64,000 nt of DNA from Barnesiella sp. (GCA_014800945.1 JAAVFD010000031.1:2093-66092), one strand, 5' to 3'. Counted from the first letter of the stretch, positions 9,895 to 20,087 are shown. Made by a program: numbers and translations. The notes: generated from the sequence alone by a model not told the origin.

Positions 9895-12888
9895 ATGAGT
9901 CTGAAAAATATTGTAACGGCACTTATAGTTATTCTTTTTCTTGGTGCCCCGACATTTATAGCTCCGGCGTTTACACCGGAGTCTGTGGCAAAGAAGAAGC
10001 CTAAATTGGTTTGTGGCGGTGAAGCTGCACAATGGGCTGATTCCGTGATGGATAAACTGACGCTGAGGCAAAGAGTAGGACAGCTTTTCGTGCCCCGACT
10101 CGATGTGTTTGACAATCCATCCGGACACTCTGCACTGAAAAAAATGGTTACGGCAGGCGAGGTGGGCGGTTTTTTGCTCGGCAAAGGTACTGTGGCTGGA
10201 TACACTTCTCTTATCAAGGGTGCTCAGGATGTGGCTAAGATTCCTTTGATGGTAACTCTTGACGGTGAATGGGGGCTTGCAATGAGACTTACTGATGCTC
10301 CGCGATTTCCTTATAATATGGGACTGGGGGCAATTTCTGACCCGCAGTTGCTATATGATTATGGGCGTGAGGTAGCACGCGAGTGTCGAGAAGTCGGCAT
10401 AACAGTTAACTTTGCCCCGGTACTCGATGTAAATTCAAATCCGGCGAATCCGGTGATAGGTTACCGCTCTTTTGGGGAAAATCCGGAAAGGGTTGCAGCT
10501 CTCGGGCTTGCTTATTCGCGTGGTCTTGAGGATGGAGGGGTGATGGCTGTGGGCAAGCATTTCCCCGGACATGGTGACACTTCTGTTGATAGTCATAAGG
10601 CGTTGCCGACAGTAGATCATACATCTGAGCAGTTGCAAAGTGTTGACCTGTTGCCGTTTCGTGATTTTATAGACGGTGGTCTCGGAGGCATTATGGTGGG
10701 TCACCTTAAAGTTCCGGCTCTTGATGCATCGGGAACTCCCGCATCGCTATCGCATAAAGTGTCAACTGATTTGCTCAAAAATCAGATGGGTTTTGAAGGG
10801 CTGGTGTTTACAGATGCTCTTGCCATGAAAGGGGCAATTGCCAAGCCGGGTGAGAATAATTGTATTGCAGCCTTGTTGGCTGGAGCTGATGTGTTGCTCG
10901 GCAGCAGTGCTCCTTATTCCGATATCGAAGCAGTTGTTTCGGCAGTGAAATCGGGTGAGATACCTGAAGAGAGAGTAAATGAAAGTTGTAGAAAAATTCT
11001 GATGTCCAAATATCAGCTCGGTCTGGTAAGGAATCCGACGATATCCGTTGCCGGTGTAACAAAGCGAGTCAATTCTCATAAGGCGGATATAGTGAACGAA
11101 CGCCTGGCAAAGGGCAGTATTACGATTGTAAAGGATGCTGACGGCTTGTTGCCGTTGGGCAATCTCGGCAAGAGGGAGATTGCTGTGGTTAGCATCGGTG
11201 CTCCTAAGGCTAATGATTTTTCTACATATTGCGGAAAATATGCAAAGGTAACAGAATACTCTATAGGTCAGAGCGGTGCTACACAGAGCCAGATTGCGCA
11301 AATATCCGGAGCTGATATAATTATAATAGGTGTTTTCAGCGATTCGGAATGGGCTGCCAGGGCTTTTTCATCGCTTGCCTCCAAGAATTCGGCGATAGGT
11401 GTTCTTTTTATGAATCCCTACAAAATGGCGACTCTAAAAGCCGGTATTGCCAAGGTGGGTACATTTGTTGCGGCTTATGATGATACTCCCGCTTTGAGAA
11501 AGGCAGCGGCTGAGGCTCTGTTTGGTGGTATAGATGTAACCGGGCGTTTCCCTGTCAATGTTTCCGGTGTTGCCCGTGAGGGGGAGGGTGTGAGCATAGA
11601 AAAGAGTCGTCTCGGTTACTCCGCTCCTCATTCTGTAGGGTTTGCCCCTGATTTTGAAAAGAGGATAGATTCTGTTGCTGCGGCGTGTCTTGCAGCAGGT
11701 GCTTTTCCCGGATGTCAGGTATTGGTGGCAAAGAATGGCGAGGTGGTGCTGGAAAAAAGTTACGGAAAACTGGAGCGTGGTGGGATCTCTCCGGTAACAA
11801 CCAATTCATTGTATGATATCGCTTCTATGACTAAAGCCACTGCTACCGCAGGGGGTGTTATGGTGGCTTATGATAAGGGGTTGTTCGGGCTTGATGATAA
11901 GGTGTCTGAGCACATCTCTGGTCTGAAAGGTACTGATAAGGAGAATATTACCGTCAGGCAACTGTTGTATCACGAGAGCGGTATGCCTGCAACCCTTAAC
12001 ATGAATAAGGTGATGATAGATGAGAAAAGTTATAAAGGTGAACTTACAAGGCGCAGGGCACGTCCGCCATACACAGTGAAGTTGCCTTCCGGCGCTTATG
12101 CTCATTCATCAGCCCGAAGAAGAACGGATATTTTGTCATTCAGTCAAAGCGATAAACATAATATTGAAATGGCTAAGGGTTTGTATATTGGTGCGGATAC
12201 TCAGGATACTATAATGAACCGCATTTACAATATTCCACTGAATGCGTCAAAAAACTATCTGTACAGTTGCCTGAATTTCTGTCTGTTAAAGGAAATGGAG
12301 GAAAATCTGACAGGAGTGGAGCATGACAGATGGGTAGAGTCCGTGATATTCGGCCCGTTGGGTGCATATAATACCTGTTTCCGTCCACTGGATAGCCGAG
12401 ATAGATCCGAGATTGCTGCAACAGAGTATGACGGATTTCTAAGAAAACAGACAATTAGAGGGTATGTGCATGATGAACTTGCTGCTTTCAGCGGAGGAGT
12501 ACAGGGTAATGCCGGACTTTTTTCAACAGCATCTGATGTAGCTAAATATTCCCAGATGCTTCTACAGGACGGAAAATACGGACCGGAGCAAATCGTTAAA
12601 CCGGAAACAGTTAAACTGTTCACCACCAGCCGTGGTAAAAGCGGCAGAAGAGCACTCGCTTTTGACCTTGCGTGTGGTTTGCGTAGCTTGGATAATTCAG
12701 GGACCTCGGCGGCAACATACGGTCACACTGGTTTCACCGGTACTTGTTTCTGGATTGATCCCGATGAAAAGATGATTTTTGTATTTCTGAGTAATAAAGT
12801 AAACCCGAATCGCAACAACAACGCTTTTTCATCTAAAAATCCGAGAGGAGAAATGCTACGAGTGGTTTACTCATCATTGAACCGCTGA
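9895..12888 (+). CDS. GH3 beta-N-acetylglucosaminidase (NagZ-type) fused to a beta-lactamase-like serine hydrolase
   Basis: N-terminal KHFPGHGDTSVDSH (NagZ signature); C-terminal ASMTK (SxxK), YSCLN and HTGFTG motifs. Confidence 0.88.
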   Translation: MSLKNIVTALIVILFLGAPTFIAPAFTPESVAKKKPKLVCGGEAAQWADSVMDKLTLRQRVGQLFVPRLDVFDNPSGHSALKKMVTAGEVGGFLLGKGTVAGYTSLIKGAQDVAKIPLMVTLDGEWGLAMRLTDAPRFPYNMGLGAISDPQLLYDYGREVARECREVGITVNFAPVLDVNSNPANPVIGYRSFGENPERVAALGLAYSRGLEDGGVMAVGKHFPGHGDTSVDSHKALPTVDHTSEQLQSVDLLPFRDFIDGGLGGIMVGHLKVPALDASGTPASLSHKVSTDLLKNQMGFEGLVFTDALAMKGAIAKPGENNCIAALLAGADVLLGSSAPYSDIEAVVSAVKSGEIPEERVNESCRKILMSKYQLGLVRNPTISVAGVTKRVNSHKADIVNERLAKGSITIVKDADGLLPLGNLGKREIAVVSIGAPKANDFSTYCGKYAKVTEYSIGQSGATQSQIAQISGADIIIIGVFSDSEWAARAFSSLASKNSAIGVLFMNPYKMATLKAGIAKVGTFVAAYDDTPALRKAAAEALFGGIDVTGRFPVNVSGVAREGEGVSIEKSRLGYSAPHSVGFAPDFEKRIDSVAAACLAAGAFPGCQVLVAKNGEVVLEKSYGKLERGGISPVTTNSLYDIASMTKATATAGGVMVAYDKGLFGLDDKVSEHISGLKGTDKENITVRQLLYHESGMPATLNMNKVMIDEKSYKGELTRRRARPPYTVKLPSGAYAHSSARRRTDILSFSQSDKHNIEMAKGLYIGADTQDTIMNRIYNIPLNASKNYLYSCLNFCLLKEMEENLTGVEHDRWVESVIFGPLGAYNTCFRPLDSRDRSEIAATEYDGFLRKQTIRGYVHDELAAFSGGVQGNAGLFSTASDVAKYSQMLLQDGKYGPEQIVKPETVKLFTTSRGKSGRRALAFDLACGLRSLDNSGTSAATYGHTGFTGTCFWIDPDEKMIFVFLSNKVNPNRNNNAFSSKNPRGEMLRVVYSSLNR

Positions 12889-13031
12889 CCAGAACTTGAT
12901 AAAAGTGATTTTTATTCTTACCGTGAATAATTCTCGCGATTTTTATCTAAATTTGCAACAAATTAGGTACATTATAGCTGAATAATAAATAATAATGAGC
13001 AGAGAATCAACCAAACAGTACAAGCAGCAAG

Positions 13032-13571
13032 TTGGTTGCGGACAAGGATGGGTGGTTTTTTGCCCTGAATCAGTTGATGAAAACACTTGCCGATAAATAT
13101 AATAAAGGCGGAGAATTCTATGATAAACTTTATGAATCATCAGAAAATAGAGATAGTGAAATGATTACTGATTATCATGAGGTGTCAAGGAGTTCCAGCA
13201 TCACTAAGATTATTTTTGCGGAAATAATTATCGCCATATTCCTTTTAGGGGCGATAAAAAATCCGACTGTTTCGCAGACAAAGGCTGAAGTTAAGTCAAT
13301 GCTTTTGGAGCAATATTATGACAATCTGCGTAAGAAATTGGTATATACCGACTCGATTGATAAGCAGATAGAGTCCTCTTTTGCAATGTTTATAGCTCCG
13401 AATATTATTGACACATGGCTTCAGACTGATGTGTCTGATTATATATTCTTTTCCACATTCAATTCCAGTCTCAGGGTTGGCAAAGATGTGCGTGCAGTGA
13501 TGTCCGGTGCTGTAATATTCGGTAAGGTTGTTCCGTTAAAATACGATATGAAGAAGGTTCTTAACCTATAG
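13032..13571 (+). CDS. Membrane-anchored DUF4359-like protein (5' end uncertain)
   Basis: Single TM helix followed by KNPT...SDYIFFS...GAVIFGKV, resembling the DUF4359 pattern. A TAAATTTG -7 box lies at 12948-12955. Confidence 0.5.
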   Translation: MVADKDGWFFALNQLMKTLADKYNKGGEFYDKLYESSENRDSEMITDYHEVSRSSSITKIIFAEIIIAIFLLGAIKNPTVSQTKAEVKSMLLEQYYDNLRKKLVYTDSIDKQIESSFAMFIAPNIIDTWLQTDVSDYIFFSTFNSSLRVGKDVRAVMSGAVIFGKVVPLKYDMKKVLNL

Positions 13572-14312
13572 TCAGATGTCGCTATTTTTTGAGTGATTCT
13601 TCTTTATTGTATTTGTCACGAAGTTAGTGAGATACACGGTGAAGAGCGGGAATATAATCATACCGCTGATAGGAAGTATCACGGCAACGATTTTTCCGGC
13701 TACGGTTACCGGCGAGATGTTGCAGCCTACAGTTGAAAGGTTCATGAAACTCCACCAAAGGGCTGTCCAGTAAGTGTCAACTTCAGGATTTACTCCATAC
13801 TCCCTTGAATAGAAAATAAGCGAGCAGTAGTAGCAGACAAGCAGCATTATGCTTATATAGCTGACAAAAAGGCTGGTTATAGCATTGCTTGACAAGTAGC
13901 CCATTACGATGGACAGTGCGAGAGCACCACGGGCAAGTGGAATGAAACGAACAAAATAGAGGGCGTCATGGCTCAGGTGGATTCCCATATAGTTGATTAT
14001 ATTCAAATAGGGAACCGACAGTAACAGAAAAACAAGCCGGTGAAGGAAAAATTTAGTTCGGTTCTCTGCATAAATCCAACCGACAATAAAGTCAAGCATG
14101 AAGAATACACACACCCAGAACTGGAATGTCATATAGGAGGTGTTCTGCATGAATGGTGTGTTTTTGAATGTGTCGAACGAAATCCACACAATCAGCATGA
14201 CTGATAGAATAAGCACTACCAGATTCATGAACATTTGCAGATGTTTGCCGGATTTTTTATCGGATTTTTCAGGAGCCGAAACGGGTGGCTGTATTGCAGA
14301 AGTTGAAGACAT
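13572..14312 (-). CDS. Potassium-channel-family ion transporter
   Basis: About six TM helices and a pore region YWTALWWSFMNLSTVGCNISPVTVAGK. The filter is non-canonical. Confidence 0.8.
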   Translation of the reverse strand: MSSTSAIQPPVSAPEKSDKKSGKHLQMFMNLVVLILSVMLIVWISFDTFKNTPFMQNTSYMTFQFWVCVFFMLDFIVGWIYAENRTKFFLHRLVFLLLSVPYLNIINYMGIHLSHDALYFVRFIPLARGALALSIVMGYLSSNAITSLFVSYISIMLLVCYYCSLIFYSREYGVNPEVDTYWTALWWSFMNLSTVGCNISPVTVAGKIVAVILPISGMIIFPLFTVYLTNFVTNTIKKNHSKNSDI

Positions 14313-14385
14313 GATGGATGAATTTTTATTAATCTAAACGTTCGGGACTAAGAATTGTTTAACTTTGTGCTATAAAGCATCAGCA

Positions 14386-15132
14386 ATGAGTAGTGACAAC
14401 GAAATATTCAGCCGTGCCCGTCTGCTTTTCGGCGATGAGGGTATGAGAAGGCTGTCTGATATAAAAGTGATATTATTCGGTGTAGGCGGAGTGGGCTCAT
14501 GGTGTGCGGAAGCACTGATACGCTCAGGAGTCAGGCATCTTACAATAGTTGACTGTGACACGGTTTGTCTATCCAACATCAACAGGCAGCTTATGGCGGT
14601 TCACTCAACTGTAGGTATGCCGAAAGTTGCTGCTCTCAAGGCAAGACTGCTTGATATAAATCCACTGGCGAATATTAACGCACTCCGGAAGGTGTTTAAT
14701 GTCGAATCTGCTGAATCATTCAATCTCGAAAGCTACGATTATATTATTGATGCTATTGACTCGCTGGCTGATAAAGCTTTACTGATTTTACTCGGTACCC
14801 GCACCAAAGCTCATCTGTTTTCCTCCATGGGAGCAGCACTTAAGCTTGACCCGGAGAGGATTCATATTACTGAATTATGGAAAGTTAAAGGATGCCCTTT
14901 GGCGCGTGCATTAAGGCAGCGGTTCAAGAAACGCGGAGAATATCCTGCCAAGAAGTTCAAATGCGTTTACAGCGATGAACTTGTAGCCAACAAGTGTGAG
15001 CTGACAGAGCCGGATGACAATAGCGGCAAGACCAGAGTCAACGGCTCGCTTATGCACATTACCTCCATTTTTGGCGCGATGCTCGCCTCATTGGTAATCA
15101 GGAGTGCAACAACTGATCAATCAGTAGGGTAA
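14386..15132 (+). CDS. tcdA: tRNA threonylcarbamoyladenosine dehydratase (ThiF/MoeB/E1 family)
   Basis: GVGGVGSW, SNINRQ, DAIDS, SSMGAA and CPLARALR (TcdA-type). Start ATG 14386 follows TAACTTTG at 14360-14367. Confidence 0.85.
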   Translation: MSSDNEIFSRARLLFGDEGMRRLSDIKVILFGVGGVGSWCAEALIRSGVRHLTIVDCDTVCLSNINRQLMAVHSTVGMPKVAALKARLLDINPLANINALRKVFNVESAESFNLESYDYIIDAIDSLADKALLILLGTRTKAHLFSSMGAALKLDPERIHITELWKVKGCPLARALRQRFKKRGEYPAKKFKCVYSDELVANKCELTEPDDNSGKTRVNGSLMHITSIFGAMLASLVIRSATTDQSVG

Positions 15133-16067
15133 GTGTCAAAGGCGTATAAATCAGTAGAAAGATAACGCTCTCCGGTGTCGGGCATCACCGCTACAATAAT
15201 TTTGCCCGCATTCTCATCTTTCTTAGCCTCCGTAATGGCTGCTGACAGTGCGGCTCCTGAAGAAATTCCTGCGAGTACACCTTCCTTCTGAGCGAGAAGT
15301 CTTGACGCTCTTATTGCATCTTTGTCAGTGACTCTTATTACTTTATCCACTACCTCCGGGTTGTAGTTTTCCGGAATAAATCCCGCTCCGATACCTTGGA
15401 TTTTGTGTGGTCCCGGTTTGCCTCCCGATAGCACAGGGCTTGCGTCAGGCTCTACAGCAAACGCTTTGATTTGTGGATTATGTTGCTTAAGGGTGGATGC
15501 GGTTCCGCTAAGAGTTCCTCCAGTACCGACGCAAGCAATGAATATATCAACTTTACCATCGGTATCTCTCCATATCTCCTCACCTGTTGTCCGCACGTGA
15601 GCTGCAGGATTAGCCGGATTTTCAAATTGACCGAGAATTATAGCTCCGGGAGTTGCATCTCTCAGTTCCTCAGCCTTGCGGATTGCACCCGCCATGCCTT
15701 CGCTGCCGGGAGTGAGCACAAGTGTGGCACCGAGCGCTTTGAGCAGCTTACGCCTCTCCTCGCTCATCGTTTCAGGCATAGTGAGAACAAGCTTATAACC
15801 TTTGACAGTGGCTACCCATGCAAGACCGATACCGGTATTTCCGCTGGTTGGTTCAATAATCACTGCACCCGGTGCGAGTCTTCCCTCGGCTTCAGCTGCT
15901 TCGATCATAGACAGTGCCACTCTATCCTTAACACTTCCGCCGGGATTGAATGATTCAAGTTTGACAAGTATTCTTGCTTTGCAGTTTTCTGTCTTTTCGA
16001 TATTCTTTACCTCCAAAAGGGGGGTGTTACCGATGAGTTCGGTTATTGAGTCGTAAATCTTTTTCAT
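15117..16067 (-). CDS. cysK: Cysteine synthase A
   Basis: KLESFNPGGSVKDR, EPTSGNTG, GTGGT, PHKIQGIG, PDTGERYLST. Confidence 0.97.
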   Translation of the reverse strand: MKKIYDSITELIGNTPLLEVKNIEKTENCKARILVKLESFNPGGSVKDRVALSMIEAAEAEGRLAPGAVIIEPTSGNTGIGLAWVATVKGYKLVLTMPETMSEERRKLLKALGATLVLTPGSEGMAGAIRKAEELRDATPGAIILGQFENPANPAAHVRTTGEEIWRDTDGKVDIFIACVGTGGTLSGTASTLKQHNPQIKAFAVEPDASPVLSGGKPGPHKIQGIGAGFIPENYNPEVVDKVIRVTDKDAIRASRLLAQKEGVLAGISSGAALSAAITEAKKDENAGKIIVAVMPDTGERYLSTDLYAFDTYPTD

Positions 16068-16102
16068 AATAGTCAGTTTTCCGGTATTATAACAATCGTT
16101 TT

Positions 16103-17497
16103 TCAGTATGCGTTCTCATCACCCTTAAAAATATTTATGAGTGTGCGTGCAATAATCTTCACATCGAGCATAAAGGACCAGTTTTCAATATACCACACAT
16201 CGTGCTCCACGCGCCTTTCCATTTTCCAAAGCTTATCGGTGGAGCCACGGTAGCCATTTACTTGCGCCCAACCTGTTATGCCCGGTTTTACAGAGTGCCT
16301 TACCATATACTTTGCTATCAACGGCTTATAATACTCTGTGTGGCTCACCATGTGTGGTCTTGGACCGACAATAGACATCTGCCCGATGAATACATTGAAA
16401 ATCTGGGGTAGTTCATCTATGCTCGAATGGCGTAGAAACTTTCCGATTGGAGTTACCCTCGGGTCATTCTTCTCTACCGGTGATTCGTCTTCAGGGTTAA
16501 AGTACATGGTTCTGAATTTCAGGCATTCAAATGCTTTGCCTTTGTATCCTGTGCGTCTTTGCCGATAAAAAATAGGTCCGCCTGAAGTCACTTTTATTGC
16601 AATGGCTACCGGAATGAACACTATCGGGAATAAAAGTATGGCTGAGCCTGAAACAAATAAATCCATCAGTCTTTTTGAAGCTCTTGCAGTCCAGATTGAA
16701 AGTGGCGACTTAGTAACCGGCATCACAGCAAGATGTCCAAGTGTGTCAATCTTGAATCCTCGAGGCACAAACCTTGAAATCTGCGGCACGTAATAGTACT
16801 GTGCATGATTATTGTCGGCTACCGCAACTGTGGTTAGCAAAGATGAGGGATTGTCCCCCGGAAGGGTACAGAAAATCTCATCTATATTATTATCCTTCAC
16901 AAATTTTTCAAGCTCACTTATATCAGCTGTAAATATAGGGAAATCACCCTCCTTGAATGGAGTATCACCAAACACACCAAGCACCCTATAGCCGAAACCG
17001 GGGTCATTTTCAAGCTCATGCAGCAGCTTTCTGGATGTTTCATTATTTCCCACTATAACCACCCGGCTATAATTTTTACCGTGGCGGCGATATGCTTTCA
17101 GTATGGTTCGGGTAAGAGTTCTTGCAAGTGGCAGCAGAATTAAAGCGAGAGCATAAAATATTGCAAGAGTCTGCCATTGAGGTCCAATAGTGCCGCTGAG
17201 ATAGATGAGCGATGTGAATACGAGTGCATGAAAGCCGAGCGCCCTTATGGCATCCATTGCAGTGCGTTCCATTTTCATGGCTCGGTAAGTGGAATTCCTG
17301 AATAGATTCCACCCTGCGGGAATCCATGCAATAATAGCCAGTAACTCAACGGGGGATGATAGCCACAATAATTTTTGTGGGATAGGAATCAGGAAAGACG
17401 ACAGTATGTACGACAACACCATTGCCGCAATGTCGGAAACCGACAGAACGACAGGTACTATCTTGCCAAATCGTATTCTTTTTTCAATTCCGGTCAA
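16103..17497 (-). CDS. Undecaprenyl-phosphate glucose phosphotransferase (WcaJ-like)
   Basis: N-terminal TM helices, CoA-binding-like domain, sugar-transferase motifs KFRTM, SIDELPQ, MSIVGPRP, KPGITGWAQVNG. Confidence 0.9.
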   Translation of the reverse strand: MTGIEKRIRFGKIVPVVLSVSDIAAMVLSYILSSFLIPIPQKLLWLSSPVELLAIIAWIPAGWNLFRNSTYRAMKMERTAMDAIRALGFHALVFTSLIYLSGTIGPQWQTLAIFYALALILLPLARTLTRTILKAYRRHGKNYSRVVIVGNNETSRKLLHELENDPGFGYRVLGVFGDTPFKEGDFPIFTADISELEKFVKDNNIDEIFCTLPGDNPSSLLTTVAVADNNHAQYYYVPQISRFVPRGFKIDTLGHLAVMPVTKSPLSIWTARASKRLMDLFVSGSAILLFPIVFIPVAIAIKVTSGGPIFYRQRRTGYKGKAFECLKFRTMYFNPEDESPVEKNDPRVTPIGKFLRHSSIDELPQIFNVFIGQMSIVGPRPHMVSHTEYYKPLIAKYMVRHSVKPGITGWAQVNGYRGSTDKLWKMERRVEHDVWYIENWSFMLDVKIIARTLINIFKGDENAY

Positions 17498-17528
17498 AAT
17501 CCTGTATTTTTTTCTGACAGTTATTCAC

Positions 17529-17577
17529 AAAAAACATCGAAGCTGCACTCTGATGGATTTCAGGGCACAGCCTCGAT
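17529..17577 (-). terminator. Intrinsic terminator after the DUF349 gene
   Basis: Minus strand ATCGAGGCTGTGCCCTGA-aatcca-TCAGAGTGCAGCTTCGAT (G-U pairs, one mismatch) followed by GTTTTTT. Confidence 0.75.
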
Positions 17578-17584
17578 AGTATTT

Positions 17585-19384
17585 TTATTTCAGTTTGGCG
17601 GAAATGACCTTCATTTTACCGGATATTTCAGTGAGCTCATCGCGAAGTCTCTGGATTTTGCGTTCAAGATCGCGCAGCATAGAGTCACCGCTCTTAGAGC
17701 TTGAGCTGAAGAAACCGAGATTGTTTTCATAGGTCTGCAATTCATTTTTGCGCTGGTCGTAGGCTCTTGCGAGTCTGTCGCGCTCTTTGAGCAGACGTGA
17801 TTTATCATCACCTATTTCCTCTACGGTTGCCTCAAACGCATTCATTCTTGCACGGGTTTCGCGCACATCAAGTTTATCAAACAACTCGCCGACAACTGTC
17901 CGGTACTCTTCGGTAAGCTTTTCTTTATTCTTCATCGGCACATGTCCGGTTGCCTGCCAGGTGGCTCTTAGTTGCTGCAGCTCTCTGATGGCTTCATCGC
18001 GAGGTGTTTCGCATTCAGGCACATTAAGTTTGTTGAGCTGCTCAATGATATCTTTTTTTATTTTAAGATTAGCCTGTTCGGTTTTGCGCACGTCAGAAGT
18101 GCTTTTCTTTTTGTTGGCAAAGAAAGTGTTGCATGCTGCGCGGAATCTCTGCCACACCTCTTCGCTGTTTTTGCGGGGTACCGCCCCTATGGATTTCCAC
18201 TGCTCCTGAAGACGGATGAGGGTATCGGTAGTCTTGCGCCAGTCGGTGCTGTCCTGAAGCTTTTCGGCCTCTTCGCAAAGCGCAATTTTCTTAGCGAGAT
18301 TTTCACTCATATCCTCCTTAGAGCGTTTGAAATACTCTGCCTTGAGTTTGAAAAACTCATCGCAAAGTTCACGGAATCTGGCGAAAAGAGCATTATTGGC
18401 TTTCTTGGAAGCGAAACCGATGGTTTTCCAACGCTCCTGTGCATCAAGTATCTTTTTGGTCATCTCATCCCATTCGGCAAACGAATTTGGAGCGTTGAAG
18501 TCAAGCGCCGCAATTTCCTCACAAATGGCAGTCTTTGCATCTTCGTTTTCGCGCTCTTTTTTCTTGCGCTCTTCAAAGTAAGCCTGATAGCGCTTGTTCA
18601 CTTCCGCGCTTGCATCCTTGAAGGTTGCCCAAATCTCCTCGCGCACCTCTTTAGCTACAGGACCAATCTCACGCCATTTGTCGTGAAGCTCCTGCAGGCG
18701 ACGGAAAGCGGTTATGACATCCGGTTCTTCAATAAGCTTTTTAGCTTCATCTACAAGTAGCTGCTTTTCTCCAAGATTCTTTTTGAAATCATAGTCGCGC
18801 AACTCTTTATTTACCTTCAGCTCATCATAAAAGCGTTCAACAGTGTCCTGGTAGTTTTTCCAGATTACGGTTGTGTGCTGGGGAGGCACTTCGCCGGTTT
18901 CCTTAAATTCTGTCTGGAGTTCCTTCACCCTGGGATAATGACGATTAACATTGTCGGTATCCTCGCTGAGGCGGGCAATCTCCTCAATAATAGCTTTTTT
19001 GTGTTCGAGGTTGCGAACCTGTTCAGCCTCAATGCGTGCTCTCTGTTCAGCCTTTTTATCCTTCACCTCGGCGAGGGTTGCCTTAAATTTGATTTCCACC
19101 TCATCTTCGTCAGCGATAAAATCCTCCGGAGCGTTTCCGGATTCAACAAAGGCAGCTTTGGCTTTTTTTACATCCTCGTTATGCAGAATATAGAATTGCT
19201 GCTTGATAGCCGCCACCTCCTCGGCGGAAATATCCTGCTCGGTATTCAATAGAGCAGATAGTCTCTCAAGGAGACTCTCTTTGGTGGTGTTCTCCTCTTT
19301 CACGGTATTCTGAGCGTTTTCTGCAGAAGCAGAAATCTCAGTGTCGATGGGTTTTAGCACTTCAGCGCTATCAAGCATGTCCAT
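17585..19384 (-). CDS. DUF349 domain-containing protein
   Basis: Repeated helical units (LQELHDKWREIGPV, AQERWKTIGF, LQEQWKSIGAVP, WQATGHVP) and YENNLGFF. Start set at ATG 19384, downstream of TACCTTTG at 19450-19443. Confidence 0.88.
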   Translation of the reverse strand: MDMLDSAEVLKPIDTEISASAENAQNTVKEENTTKESLLERLSALLNTEQDISAEEVAAIKQQFYILHNEDVKKAKAAFVESGNAPEDFIADEDEVEIKFKATLAEVKDKKAEQRARIEAEQVRNLEHKKAIIEEIARLSEDTDNVNRHYPRVKELQTEFKETGEVPPQHTTVIWKNYQDTVERFYDELKVNKELRDYDFKKNLGEKQLLVDEAKKLIEEPDVITAFRRLQELHDKWREIGPVAKEVREEIWATFKDASAEVNKRYQAYFEERKKKERENEDAKTAICEEIAALDFNAPNSFAEWDEMTKKILDAQERWKTIGFASKKANNALFARFRELCDEFFKLKAEYFKRSKEDMSENLAKKIALCEEAEKLQDSTDWRKTTDTLIRLQEQWKSIGAVPRKNSEEVWQRFRAACNTFFANKKKSTSDVRKTEQANLKIKKDIIEQLNKLNVPECETPRDEAIRELQQLRATWQATGHVPMKNKEKLTEEYRTVVGELFDKLDVRETRARMNAFEATVEEIGDDKSRLLKERDRLARAYDQRKNELQTYENNLGFFSSSSKSGDSMLRDLERKIQRLRDELTEISGKMKVISAKLK

Positions 19385-19583
19385 AATATAAAATATTAAG
19401 TGGGTAACGATTGGGTGATGCTGCAAAGCAACATCGAAAAGCCAAAGGTAAACAAAAAAATTAAACGCAACCTAATTTTTGAAAAAAATGTGCGTTTGAC
19501 AGTTTTTTATAACATACCTCAAAAGGCTGTCAAGCTATTTTTTATACATTTGCAGAAACAATTAAAAAAAACGTAGATACGAT

Positions 19584-20030
19584 ATGAGTTCATCAGCTCT
19601 TCCTGTCATCGGTATGTGCAGCGATCATGCCGGTTATGAATTAAAGAATATAATAAAGGAGATGCTTGTAGAAAAAGGCTACAAGGTGGTTGATTTCGGA
19701 ACAAATAGTGAGGAATCGTGCGACTATCCCGACTATGCCCATCCATGTGCAAAGGCTGTGGAGAGCGGTGAGTGCGCCCTCGGCATTGCTATGTGCGGCA
19801 CCGGCAACGGCATTTCCATGACTCTGAACAAGCATCAGGGTATTAGGGCTGCATTATGCTGGGCACCCGAGTTGGCTAAACTCGCAAAGGAGCACAATAA
19901 TGCAAATATTCTTGTGCTTCCGGCAAGATTTATAGAAACCGAATTAGCTCTGAAAACAGTAGAAACATTCCTGAATACTCCTTTTGAGGGCGGACGCCAC
20001 GAGCGCAGAATTGCCAAAATTCCGGTTTGA
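19584..20030 (+). CDS. rpiB: Ribose-5-phosphate isomerase B
   Basis: SDHAG, DYPDY, CGTGNG, HNNAN, FEGGRHERRI. Confidence 0.96.
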   Translation: MSSSALPVIGMCSDHAGYELKNIIKEMLVEKGYKVVDFGTNSEESCDYPDYAHPCAKAVESGECALGIAMCGTGNGISMTLNKHQGIRAALCWAPELAKLAKEHNNANILVLPARFIETELALKTVETFLNTPFEGGRHERRIAKIPV

Positions 20031-20052
20031 ACCAATATCTTTTATAGTTTAC

Positions 20053-20087
20053 AAAGCCACTCACCGTTCAAAAGGGGAGTGGCTTTT
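20053..20087 (+). terminator. Intrinsic terminator after rpiB
   Basis: AAAGCCACTC...GAGTGGCTTT stem followed by T. Confidence 0.75.

Noticed and set aside
14386-15132. ThiF-family gene as the missing thiF
   Set aside because: Its motifs (SSMGAA, CPLAR) fit TcdA, it lacks the paired CxxC motifs of ThiF, and it is not linked to the thi operon.
17787-19252. Long plus-strand ORFs (up to 262 aa) opposite DUF349, and similar ORFs opposite thiC, leuA and ispG
   Set aside because: Antisense ORFs expected from codon bias in well-supported genes; no recognisable motifs.
20061-20071. 11-mer TCACCGTTCAA shared with the terminator at 49158-49168
   Set aside because: Only two copies, in different structural positions (loop versus stem); most likely chance.
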